Of a stretch of DNA of 20,961 bases, positions 6,704-15,717 are shown in pieces. This DNA is from Candidatus Heimdallarchaeota archaeon B3_Heim (GTDB lineage Archaea > Asgardarchaeota > Heimdallarchaeia > Hodarchaeales > Hodarchaeaceae), in contig NJBF01000050.1 in assembly GCA_003144275.1 (NCBI GenBank), forward strand, positions 1 to 20,961. The letters run 5' to 3'. The notes under the pieces are model-generated. The model did no database searches. It was given only the letters and a program-made list of their open reading frames with translations, and had not been told where the DNA came from. The position numbers and the translations under genes are program-made. Positions within the stretch are counted from its first letter, which is position 1, and every line of letters begins with the position of its first letter.

Positions 6704-9076
6704 TTATAACTGAATTCTTCCGTTCTTAAACAAACTATCAATCTTCTGATCTTCGAGGGTTCGTGGTTTGCTCTTTTTCACAGGTTTAGTAGATGAACCT
6801 CGTCTTTTGGGGGATCTCTTGAACCTATCCTTTGCTTTACTCAATTCTTTCTTCAAAGAAAGAGAAATTCTTTTTTTAACAAGGTCTATATCTTTCACTC
6901 GAGGTTTCACGATATCTCCAACTTTTAATCCTGCCTCTCTAGGATGACGGATAAAACTATCAGAAATTTCACTTATGTGAATAAGTCCATTTGTTTTTAC
7001 CCCAAGATCAACAAAACAGCCAAAATCAGTTACGTTGGTGACAGTTCCTTCAATGATACTACCTACCTCTAAATCTTCTATCGTTAGAACAGATGATTTC
7101 AGGATTGGCTTATCAAAATCATCTCTTGGATCACGATAGGGATTTTGTAAGATTTCAATGATATCAGTAATAGTGACCAAAAAATCTTCTTGATGTAATT
7201 GTTTAGCTGCAAAAGTTGGATTTAGCAATTTTAACTGTCTTTGCAACCGTACCCGACGATCCTTGGTAGATAAATCCTCTTTAGTAAATTTAGCTAATTT
7301 TATAATACTTTCTGCTAATTCATATGATTCAGGATGAATAGGAGAATTATCAAACGGATCAGGGGCGTCAGGTATCCTCAAAAATCCAACACTCTGCTCA
7401 AAAGTTCGAGGTCCGATTCCAGGAACACCTTTTAAATCTTCGCGATAGACAAAAGCTCCATTCTCCTTCCGGTAGTTAATTATATTCTTTGCTACTGACT
7501 TAGTAATTCCACTCACATATTTCAGTAATACTTCAGAAGCTGTATTAACATCAGCACCAACTAAGTTTACAGTATCAACCACTACATCCTTTAATGCCTT
7601 AGAAAGACCAAAAAGATCATGTTGATATTGTCCAACCCCAATGGAACGTGGATCAATTTTTACCAGCTCAGCTAGAGGATCCTGTAATCTTCTTGCAATA
7701 GAAACAGCGCCTCTTATACTAACATCTACATCTGGAAATTCTTCACGAGCTATGTCACTTGCACTGTATACTGAAGCTCCTGCTTCATTAACAATCACGT
7801 ATTTCAAATCAGTTGCTTTAGCTATATATTTACTAACGAATTCTTCTGTTTCACGGGAAGCTGTGCCATTTCCAATTGCTATAATTGAGATCTTGTGTTT
7901 CTCAATTATTCCTTTCAACACCTGAGCTGACTTCTCAAATTGCTCATGGGGTTTTGTTGGATAAACTGTGCCATTTGCTAATACGTTTCCCATCTCGTCA
8001 ATTGCAGCATATTTGCATCCAGTTCTAAATGCTGGATCAATTCCTAAAATGCGTGATTGGATGGGAGGACTGAGTAATAAGTGTTTAAGGTTCTCCCCAA
8101 ATACTTGTATTGAATGCTGTTGAGCCTTTTCAAATTGTATTCGTTTTAATTCCCTTTGTAAACTTGGGCCAAGTAAGCGTTTCCAACTATCACGTATAGC
8201 AACATCAAGTTGTTCACTTATCTCCGTATTGATGTTTATAGAGGAGGAAATGTCTTTTGTAATTTTTTCAATAATATTTTCATCAGGAAATGCTACCTTG
8301 AATGATAAAATACCTTCTCGATCTCCCCGTAGCATTGCAAGCAAACGATGAGGGGGAACACTTAATGCGGGTTCTTCAAACGCAAAGTATTGTTCATACT
8401 TTTTCCCTTGGATAACTTTTTGAGAATTTTCTTGTTCTTCCTCATCCATTTCGTATAATAATGACTTTTTTGTTGTAAAAAGAGCTTTGCTGAAGTAGCT
8501 ATGGCGTACTAAGTCTCGCACTCCTTTAGAAATTGATAAATCTTCAGCAATAATATGTCTAGCACCCTCTAAAGCTTCTTCAGGAGTTCCAACACCAAGT
8601 TCAGAGTCAACATACCCATCTGCAATTTCAAGTAACGATTTTCCCTCAGGATAGTCATCTTTACCAAATAAAATATTGGCCAAAGGTTCCAATCCTTTTT
8701 CACGGGCAACCATACCTTTAGTTTTCTTTTTTCGCTTGTATGGGAGATAAATTTCCTTTAACTCAGCTAAACTAGTGGCATTTGCAATACTAGAAGCTAA
8801 TTCTTCGGTCATTTGTCCTTGTGCTTCTATCACTTTGTGAATTCGTTTCCTTTCACGATGAAGCTGGGTTAATTCTTGATAGTTTTCTTCAATCGCTCTA
8901 ATCTGAGTTTCATCTAAGGATTGGGTTTTTTCTTTTCGGTAGCGAGCAATAAAAGGGACAGTATTCCCATCATTGAGTAACTCAAGAGTTGAAGAAACCT
9001 GTTTCTGCGTTAACTGTAGCGAAGAAGAAATCATTTGTAAAATTTCGACAGTAGAATCGTCCGTTGTGGTTGCCAT
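6704..9076 (-). CDS. tex: Tex (YhgF) family RNA-binding transcription accessory protein
   Basis: N-terminal GNTVPFIARYRKEKT, YLPYKRKKKTKG, YqgF-like GIDPAFRTGCK, AIGNGTASRETE, VNEAGASVYSAS, IGVGQYQHD, HhH repeats and a C-terminal S1 domain (GTVTNVTDFGCFVDLG...GLIHISE). Confidence 0.95.
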   Translation of the reverse strand: MATTTDDSTVEILQMISSSLQLTQKQVSSTLELLNDGNTVPFIARYRKEKTQSLDETQIRAIEENYQELTQLHRERKRIHKVIEAQGQMTEELASSIANATSLAELKEIYLPYKRKKKTKGMVAREKGLEPLANILFGKDDYPEGKSLLEIADGYVDSELGVGTPEEALEGARHIIAEDLSISKGVRDLVRHSYFSKALFTTKKSLLYEMDEEEQENSQKVIQGKKYEQYFAFEEPALSVPPHRLLAMLRGDREGILSFKVAFPDENIIEKITKDISSSININTEISEQLDVAIRDSWKRLLGPSLQRELKRIQFEKAQQHSIQVFGENLKHLLLSPPIQSRILGIDPAFRTGCKYAAIDEMGNVLANGTVYPTKPHEQFEKSAQVLKGIIEKHKISIIAIGNGTASRETEEFVSKYIAKATDLKYVIVNEAGASVYSASDIAREEFPDVDVSIRGAVSIARRLQDPLAELVKIDPRSIGVGQYQHDLFGLSKALKDVVVDTVNLVGADVNTASEVLLKYVSGITKSVAKNIINYRKENGAFVYREDLKGVPGIGPRTFEQSVGFLRIPDAPDPFDNSPIHPESYELAESIIKLAKFTKEDLSTKDRRVRLQRQLKLLNPTFAAKQLHQEDFLVTITDIIEILQNPYRDPRDDFDKPILKSSVLTIEDLEVGSIIEGTVTNVTDFGCFVDLGVKTNGLIHISEISDSFIRHPREAGLKVGDIVKPRVKDIDLVKKRISLSLKKELSKAKDRFKRSPKRRGSSTKPVKKSKPRTLEDQKIDSLFKNGRIQL

Positions 9077-9159
9077 GATAGATTACACAATTTAAAGCTA
9101 GATACGAATCAAGAGGGGGGAATAGGGATTGGTTTTAATAGAAATTGTATAGATAACCA

Positions 9160-9171
9160 GAAATCTTTATC
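9160..9171 (+). promoter_or_regulatory. BRE/TATA-like element for the mocA-xdh operon
   Basis: GAAATC-TTTATC ends about 26 nt before the ATG at 9197. This spacing fits a leaderless or short-leader archaeal transcript. Confidence 0.4.
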
Positions 9172-9196
9172 AATTTGTAAGTTCAGGATAGAATTG

Positions 9197-9832
9197 ATGA
9201 TAGCTGGAATAATTCTTGCTGCAGGTGAATCAAGGAGATTTCCTACGCAAAATAAGCTCTTATATGAGTTTGTTCCCGGAATGAGCATACTAGAATCTGT
9301 CTTACTTGCATTTCTTCAATCAGAAATTAACAAAATTGTGATTGTTACAGGACATGACTCACTCAATATTATTGAAAAGATCAACATACTCTCATCCAGA
9401 CATCAAACTCCTGTCAGCACAGTATTTAATGATAATTATCAATCAGGAGGAATGTCTTCTTCTATTATTACAGGATTAAAAGCCGTTATTAACGCTGATG
9501 CCGTATTGATTACACCTGCGGACATTCCTCTTATTCCTACATCAGTCATAAATGCAATGATATCTTTTTGTTTGCATGACTCTCATGATATTATAATTCC
9601 TACCTTTAATCAGCGAAAAGGACATCCTATCCTACTCAAATCAACTCTATTTCCTGAAATATTATTGATTTCCGAGAAACACAGAGGATTAAAAGAGATT
9701 ACTACTAAACACCGAAAAGAAATCGTTTATCTGCCCATGCAAGAGTCTGGAATACTGAACGACTTAGATACTATCAAAGATTTGAAAAAATTTTCTGAGA
9801 CACCGAACCCCATTGGGAAAAACTCTTTATAA
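9197..9832 (+). CDS. mocA: Molybdenum cofactor cytidylyltransferase (MocA/YgfJ-like nucleotidyltransferase)
   Basis: GIILAAGESRRF, NKLL, GMSSSI, ADIP, RKGHP, DLDT. It heads a xanthine-dehydrogenase-family operon, and prokaryotic enzymes of this family typically use MCD. An alternative TTG start is at 9194. Confidence 0.85.
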   Translation: MIAGIILAAGESRRFPTQNKLLYEFVPGMSILESVLLAFLQSEINKIVIVTGHDSLNIIEKINILSSRHQTPVSTVFNDNYQSGGMSSSIITGLKAVINADAVLITPADIPLIPTSVINAMISFCLHDSHDIIIPTFNQRKGHPILLKSTLFPEILLISEKHRGLKEITTKHRKEIVYLPMQESGILNDLDTIKDLKKFSETPNPIGKNSL

Positions 9833-9874
9833 TTTTTATTTATTCTTTCAGTTTAGTTCACGGTACGATCGAAT

Positions 9875-10117
9875 ATGAATTCTGCTATACTAGAGCTAGT
9901 TGGGTCAGTCCGTAATCCCTTTCCTAGCAAGAAACGCAAAAAAATTATCGAGTTCTCTGGGAAAACTTCAATTAAGACAATCTTACTAGAAAATGGATTC
10001 TTAGAAACTGAATTAGAATTTCTTATTCCAATCGCAAATGGAAAACGAACCTCTCATGATTATATACTCCAAGATAAAGATCATATCTGGATCTCACTCC
10101 CCATTGGCGGAGGTTAA
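9875..10117 (+). CDS. MoaD/ThiS-family ubiquitin-like sulfur carrier
   Basis: 80 aa beta-grasp-sized protein ending ANGKR...LQDKDHIWISLPIGGG, with a C-terminal di-glycine. Confidence 0.85.
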   Translation: MNSAILELVGSVRNPFPSKKRKKIIEFSGKTSIKTILLENGFLETELEFLIPIANGKRTSHDYILQDKDHIWISLPIGGG

Positions 10118-10123
10118 AGAATA

Positions 10124-10960
10124 ATGAAAAATGTAACAGAATATAAGTACCCCTCAAACGTCTCACAGGCTTTATCTCTATTTTCAGAGCAAAAACACAG
10201 CACTTATATCGCGGGTGGAACCCATCTTGCCTCAGGGAATAGAAATAATACGATTCGACTTATTGATATTACTCGGCTGGGATTGAATGAAATAAAAGAT
10301 GGGGATGAGAATATCGAAGTTGGTGCTACAACAACAATAACAGACATGTACAATTCACCTATTGTTAAGAAAGTGGGGAAGGGTGTATTAAAGAAAGCAT
10401 GTCGATTAATAGGCGATACCCCCTTGAGGAATGCAATAACACTTGGAGGGAATATTGCTCGTTTGTATACATGGGCTGGGCTACCTGTAATGTTACTCAC
10501 TTTAGATGCAGAGATTGAGATTATAAACCCGCTAGAAAAAACGTACTCAGTTGAAGCTGTTGAGCATATTACCAACGGTGGTATAAGGGATGGAGATATT
10601 ATCTTAAATGTTAAATTTCCACAAAAGAATTCCTGGTTTCATGCATATGAGAAATTTGCATTGACAACGGTAGATTATACATGGTTGACTATGGCTTTTG
10701 CTGCTGAAGTGAAAGAAGGGCAAATAACTGATGCCAGACTGGCAGTTTCCCGAATTACGAAAGTGACACGGATAACACCTGTAGAGAAAGCGCTTATAGG
10801 ACAACTAGTGTCACAATTAGATTTGGAAAAGCTTAAATCACTTTTAAAGTCCTCTGTTGATATTGTACAAGATTATCGAGTAAGTAAAGAATATCGAAGT
10901 CAACTCTTAGGCGTAATATTCAAACGAATGTTACAAAAATTGCAGGAGGAGACACAATGA
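10124..10960 (+). CDS. Molybdenum hydroxylase FAD-binding subunit (CoxM/XdhB/YgfM-like)
   Basis: IAGGTHL, IEVGATTT and LRNAITLGGNIA motifs. The stop overlaps the next start (ATGA). Confidence 0.9.
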   Translation: MKNVTEYKYPSNVSQALSLFSEQKHSTYIAGGTHLASGNRNNTIRLIDITRLGLNEIKDGDENIEVGATTTITDMYNSPIVKKVGKGVLKKACRLIGDTPLRNAITLGGNIARLYTWAGLPVMLLTLDAEIEIINPLEKTYSVEAVEHITNGGIRDGDIILNVKFPQKNSWFHAYEKFALTTVDYTWLTMAFAAEVKEGQITDARLAVSRITKVTRITPVEKALIGQLVSQLDLEKLKSLLKSSVDIVQDYRVSKEYRSQLLGVIFKRMLQKLQEETQ

Positions 10961-11430
10961 GCCAAATCTTACATGTTATTATCAACGGTACGAGTAAAGA
11001 GATACCTATAGAGCCTGATGAACTATTACTAGATGTTCTTAGACGTGAAGGGTATAAAGGAGTAAAGAGAGGATGTAAAGAGGGAACGTGTGGAACTTGT
11101 ACGATACTTCTGAATGATAAAGCAGTCAAGTCTTGTATACTGCTTGCTGCTCAAGCGAAAAATTGTTCAATTATTACGATTGAGGGCATTGGAACACGTG
11201 ATAATCCCCATCCAATTCAGCAAGCGTTTGTTGATGAAGGAGTAGTGCAGTGTGGGTTTTGCATTCCTGGAATGATTTTATCTGCGAAAAATTTACTTGA
11301 TAATAATCCTAACCCTACTAAAGATGAAGTGAAAATGGCTTTAGATGGAAATTTATGTCGTTGTACAGGCTATTCAGGCCAAATTAAAGCCGTATTAGCT
11401 GCTGCTCCTGTTATGCGAGGTGAAAAATAA
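10957..11430 (+). CDS. Molybdenum hydroxylase 2x[2Fe-2S] subunit (CoxS-like)
   Basis: GCKEGTCGTC...KSC and QCGFC...NLCRCTGY cysteine motifs. GGAGG ribosome-binding site upstream. Confidence 0.95.
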   Translation: MSQILHVIINGTSKEIPIEPDELLLDVLRREGYKGVKRGCKEGTCGTCTILLNDKAVKSCILLAAQAKNCSIITIEGIGTRDNPHPIQQAFVDEGVVQCGFCIPGMILSAKNLLDNNPNPTKDEVKMALDGNLCRCTGYSGQIKAVLAAAPVMRGEK

Positions 11431-13766
11431 TGACAGAGAAAATTTACGAAGGTCGAGTGGTTACCAAAAGTGTTCCCAAGAAAGATGCCCTGAGTCTTGC
11501 TATGGGTAAACCTATGTATACTGACGATAAGGACTTCCAAAATCTCGTTCATGTAAAAATGCTCTATAGTCCCCACGCTCATGCAATAATCCAAGATCTC
11601 GATACAAGCGAAGCAGAGAAGCTACCAGGAGTATTAGGAGTTCTGACATATAAAAATAGCTCCCAAGTGCTTCATACAAGTGCTGGACAAGGATTTCCCG
11701 AACCCAGTCCATATGACACAAGATTATTTAATAAGAAAGTCAAGTATGTCGGCGATCGAGTAGCTGCCGTTGCTGCAGAGACACTAAAAAATGCCGAAGC
11801 AGCTTTAAAGCTAATTCAGGTTAAATATGAAATTCTTGAACCCATTTTTGATCATGATCAGGCTCTGGGGAACGATATCGTCATTCACGATGAAGGGGAT
11901 TCAAAGTATATTATACCAGTTTTTTATGATCCCAAGAAGAATCATGCCTCTCATATCGACGCTGAAGTAGGTGATCTCGAAAAAGGGTTTACGGAAGCGG
12001 ACTTTATTATTGAGAAAACAGTCAGGAACCATTATGGACAGCATTGTCCGCTAGAACCCCATATTAGTATCGCGTATATCGATAATTATGATCGATTGGT
12101 AGTCCGAACTGCTACTCAAGTTCCATTTCATGCACGTAGGATTTTAGCTCAAATATTGGAAATTCCATTATCTCAGATACGAGTAATTAAACCTAGAATC
12201 GGAGGAGGATTTGGTACAAAACAAGAAATCTTAACAGAACCGATTGTTGCGTCTTTTGCTTGGTTATTAAAGCGGCCAGTGAAATTTGAATTTACACGTA
12301 AGGAGGAATTCATTTCAGCACGTACTCGTCATCCCATGACAACTTGGTTCAAAGCAGGGGTAAAGAAAGATGGAACAATTACTGCTATGGATATGAAAGT
12401 CACAAGTAACACTGGAGCATTTGGATCTCATGCTCTAACGGTACTAAGTAATACTGGTAGTAAAACCTTACCTCTCTATCATTGTCAGAATATACGATTT
12501 GTGGGGGATACTGTGTATACTAATCTTCCTGTTGGAGGAGCTTACAGAGGATATGGTGGTACACAAGCATCACTAGCGATGGAAATCGTCATGGATGATT
12601 TAGCTACTGAAATTGGGATGGATCCTGCTAATTTTCGATTGATGAATCATATAAAAGCTGGTGAATCATCTCCTATCTTTAAAGCACTAGGTGAAGGAAT
12701 AGAAGGTGTAGCGCAGACTGTTGATTCGGTTGGTTTGACAGAATGTATCAACCAAGGAGCAGAAGCAATCGATTGGTGGAACCGGGAAAAAATTAAAGAG
12801 AAAAACAGCACAGATACAGTTAAACGCGGTTTTGGACTCGTATGTATTATGCAAGGTTCTTCCATTCCTGATATTGATATGGCTGCAGGCTATTGCAAAA
12901 TGAATGAGGACGGCACATTTAATTTACTTGTTGGAGCAACTGATATTGGGACTGGATCAGATACAATTCTTGCTCAGATATTTGCTGAAGGATTAAGCTT
13001 AGATGCCTCGGATGTTATTGTTCTTAGTTCGGACACAGATACAACACCATTCGATAAAGGTGCATATGCCAGTTCAACAACTTATCTTACTGGCCAAGCA
13101 TGTGTTAATTTAGCTATCAAAGTCAAGGACCAATTATTTGATTATACTGCGATGGTCTTGAACGTCCCAAAAGATGAACTAAAAATTGAAGCGAAAGCTG
13201 TTATCCATCAGAAGTCAGGCAAACAGATGACATTTGCAGAAATTGGTACTAAGTCGTATTATTCAGACTACCAAACTCAGATAGGAGCAGTGGCTTCAGA
13301 GCTATCTAAAAAATCTCCTCCACCGTTCACTGCCCATTATGCAGAAATAGATGTAGACATCGAAACAGGTCGAGTGACAGTACTAAAATATGTCGCTGCG
13401 GTCGATTGTGGAACTCCTATCAATCCTAAATTAGTTGTAGGACAAGTTGAAGGGGCCTTAGTTAACGGCTTATGCTATGCTTTGTCAGAACAGTACATCT
13501 TCAATGATAAGGGGAAAATGATGAACCCATCATTCGGTAATTATAAAATCATGACGACTATTGATCTTCCAGAGATAGAAACAATTATAGTACCCACATT
13601 TGAACCCAGTGGTCCTTGGGGAGCTAAATCCATTGCCGAAGTGAATATTTCCGGCCCAATGCCAGTTTTAAGTAACGCTATCTTCGATGCAACAGGTGTT
13701 CGTATAACTGAGCCTCCCTATACACCAGATCGGGTATTAAAAGCCATCCAAAATCATAATAAATGA
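11430..13766 (+). CDS. Xanthine-dehydrogenase-family molybdopterin-binding subunit, XdhD (YgfN)-like
   Basis: ATQVP, IGGGFGTKQE, GAYRGYG, DIGTGSDT, FDKGAYASS, DCGTPINP and GAKSIAE (catalytic Glu kept). PEPSPYD, ALGEG and IMQGSSIPDID recall E. coli XdhD. TAATG coupling with the upstream gene, preceded by GAGGTGA. Confidence 0.93.
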   Translation: MTEKIYEGRVVTKSVPKKDALSLAMGKPMYTDDKDFQNLVHVKMLYSPHAHAIIQDLDTSEAEKLPGVLGVLTYKNSSQVLHTSAGQGFPEPSPYDTRLFNKKVKYVGDRVAAVAAETLKNAEAALKLIQVKYEILEPIFDHDQALGNDIVIHDEGDSKYIIPVFYDPKKNHASHIDAEVGDLEKGFTEADFIIEKTVRNHYGQHCPLEPHISIAYIDNYDRLVVRTATQVPFHARRILAQILEIPLSQIRVIKPRIGGGFGTKQEILTEPIVASFAWLLKRPVKFEFTRKEEFISARTRHPMTTWFKAGVKKDGTITAMDMKVTSNTGAFGSHALTVLSNTGSKTLPLYHCQNIRFVGDTVYTNLPVGGAYRGYGGTQASLAMEIVMDDLATEIGMDPANFRLMNHIKAGESSPIFKALGEGIEGVAQTVDSVGLTECINQGAEAIDWWNREKIKEKNSTDTVKRGFGLVCIMQGSSIPDIDMAAGYCKMNEDGTFNLLVGATDIGTGSDTILAQIFAEGLSLDASDVIVLSSDTDTTPFDKGAYASSTTYLTGQACVNLAIKVKDQLFDYTAMVLNVPKDELKIEAKAVIHQKSGKQMTFAEIGTKSYYSDYQTQIGAVASELSKKSPPPFTAHYAEIDVDIETGRVTVLKYVAAVDCGTPINPKLVVGQVEGALVNGLCYALSEQYIFNDKGKMMNPSFGNYKIMTTIDLPEIETIIVPTFEPSGPWGAKSIAEVNISGPMPVLSNAIFDATGVRITEPPYTPDRVLKAIQNHNK

Positions 13767-13876
13767 AGTATATTTAAGGACAAAGTGTTTTGGCCAATTT
13801 ACCTTAGCTAATGTCTAATTAAAGATATTATGGTTTTATTGCATAAGATAATTCTTTTATGTGATAGCTACATAGA

Positions 13877-15712
13877 GTGACTGAGATGTGGTTCGAGTTC
13901 TCAGTCTATGGATTAATGATGGCTGCAACATCCGTTCTAGCTATCTTTCTTTTCGCTTACCCCATCCTGTCCCGTCCAAAGACTAGATTAAGGACATATT
14001 TTTTACTCTTAGTACTTTCAGCGTTTTTCTGGTCTTTTGGGTACTTTCTGGAAATTTCCAGTGTTGAATTAGAATTAATGAAATTCTTTAATCTGGTCCA
14101 ATATATAGGCATTGTGACCTTACCAGTCTTTTTCTTTTTTCTCATCCTCTATTTTACTAGAGAGTATGGATTTATTGAACGACCATTGCTTCTTCTCTTA
14201 TTTTTCCCTTCCATTATTCACTATTTCTTAGTATTAACCGATGATTTCACGCATTTATTTTATGAGTCTATCACACTTAACACCGGCGAACCATTCATCC
14301 GGATGGAATTAGTCTATGGAGCTGCATTTTATAGTAATATGATTTATTCTTACCTTTTAGTTTTTGGAGCATTTTTTCTCCTTTTTCGTAAATTTCAAGA
14401 AACTCCGCCCAATGAAACGATTATTAGGACTCAAATTATCATTTTTACCTTCGGAGCTACCTTTCCAATTCTAGGAAATATAATCCGAGTAACAAAAATT
14501 ATACCCCCACTTGACTTCCTAGATTTAACACCAGTAGCTTTCATGATTGCATTTGTTCTTTTTACTTATGCTATATTCGAGGTAGGGTTTCTAGATCTTG
14601 TACCAATTGCCCGAAATCATGTATTCAGAGATATCCATGATATGTTGATAGTTTTGGATTCTCATTTAAATATCATTGATTATAATCGTTCAGCTCATCA
14701 AATTATCTTTGCTAATAGACCTGAGAGTGATATTCGGAATAAGAATTTCAAATCAATTATCTTTGAACAGACGAAACGTAATGTTCATATCTCAAACTCC
14801 AACCATTTATATCAGGGTTTATCGACTCTCATTGAAGGAAAAACTGGTTTATATACTCAGGATACCGAAATTTTATTTTCAGGGAAACAGGTTGGAAGAG
14901 ACTATTATAATATTACTGCAACTCCTCTTTATCAAGCAAATAGAATTGTTGGCGCTATCGTCTTCATACGAGACATCTCTGCTCAACGAGAAGCTGATGT
15001 AGTGATACAACAAAAGACTCAAATGCAAGAAGTAATTTTACAATTATTATCCCATGATTTGCGAAATCACTTGAACGTGTTGAAAGGATATTCGGAACTA
15101 GCTGTCTCTTCAGATTCGCTTGAGGATACTAAAGAAAGTCTTGAAGCTATTGAGGTAAAGAGCTCTGCGATATTGGATACCATTAATGAAGTCACTAATT
15201 ACTTGAAAATCGATAAATTACTAGCTGGGCAACGTCAGCAGCTGAATCTAAATCAAGTAGTTGTAGATGCAATTGAAGTAATGGGCCCTGAATGTGCTTT
15301 CAAAAAAGTAACTATTGACTTCGGTCCTAGTTCGCAGCCTGCATATGTATGGGGAGATGCTGTTGTCTTAAAGTCTGTAACCTTAAATTTACTCCAAAAT
15401 GCCATTAAATTTTCTCCTCCGAATGCCATAATAAATGTACAGATCAAGGATCTACAAGAATCAGCTCAATGGCAGGTCAGTATCGCTGACAACGGTCCAG
15501 GAATAAATAAGGGTCTACAAGAAGAAATTTTCAAACCCTTTGTGTCTTTCGGAACTGAAAAAGGGACAGGTTTGGGACTGACTATTGCAAAGACTGTAAT
15601 TGAGAGTTTGGCTGGGAAAATTTGGGTCAGGGATAATGACCCACAAGGAGCTATCTTTAATTTTGTTCTCCCTAAAATAGCCGAGGATTCAGAAGAATTA
15701 TTAGAAAATTGA
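13877..15712 (+). CDS. Sensor histidine kinase: N-terminal 7TM (HisKA_7TM-like), PAS-like, HisKA, HATPase_c
   Basis: About seven hydrophobic helices in the first ~240 aa. H-box LSHDLRN, N-box NLLQNAIKFS, G1 DNGPGI, F-box IFKPF and G2 GTGLGL. GTG start. Confidence 0.9.
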   Translation: MTEMWFEFSVYGLMMAATSVLAIFLFAYPILSRPKTRLRTYFLLLVLSAFFWSFGYFLEISSVELELMKFFNLVQYIGIVTLPVFFFFLILYFTREYGFIERPLLLLLFFPSIIHYFLVLTDDFTHLFYESITLNTGEPFIRMELVYGAAFYSNMIYSYLLVFGAFFLLFRKFQETPPNETIIRTQIIIFTFGATFPILGNIIRVTKIIPPLDFLDLTPVAFMIAFVLFTYAIFEVGFLDLVPIARNHVFRDIHDMLIVLDSHLNIIDYNRSAHQIIFANRPESDIRNKNFKSIIFEQTKRNVHISNSNHLYQGLSTLIEGKTGLYTQDTEILFSGKQVGRDYYNITATPLYQANRIVGAIVFIRDISAQREADVVIQQKTQMQEVILQLLSHDLRNHLNVLKGYSELAVSSDSLEDTKESLEAIEVKSSAILDTINEVTNYLKIDKLLAGQRQQLNLNQVVVDAIEVMGPECAFKKVTIDFGPSSQPAYVWGDAVVLKSVTLNLLQNAIKFSPPNAIINVQIKDLQESAQWQVSIADNGPGINKGLQEEIFKPFVSFGTEKGTGLGLTIAKTVIESLAGKIWVRDNDPQGAIFNFVLPKIAEDSEELLEN

Positions 15713-15717
15713 TCCAA

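Noticed and set aside
9197-13766. Selenocysteine or stop-codon recoding in the hydroxylase operon, or assignment as aerobic CO dehydrogenase
   Set aside because: All ORFs are full length without internal TGA, and the loop is AYRGYG rather than AYRCSFR.
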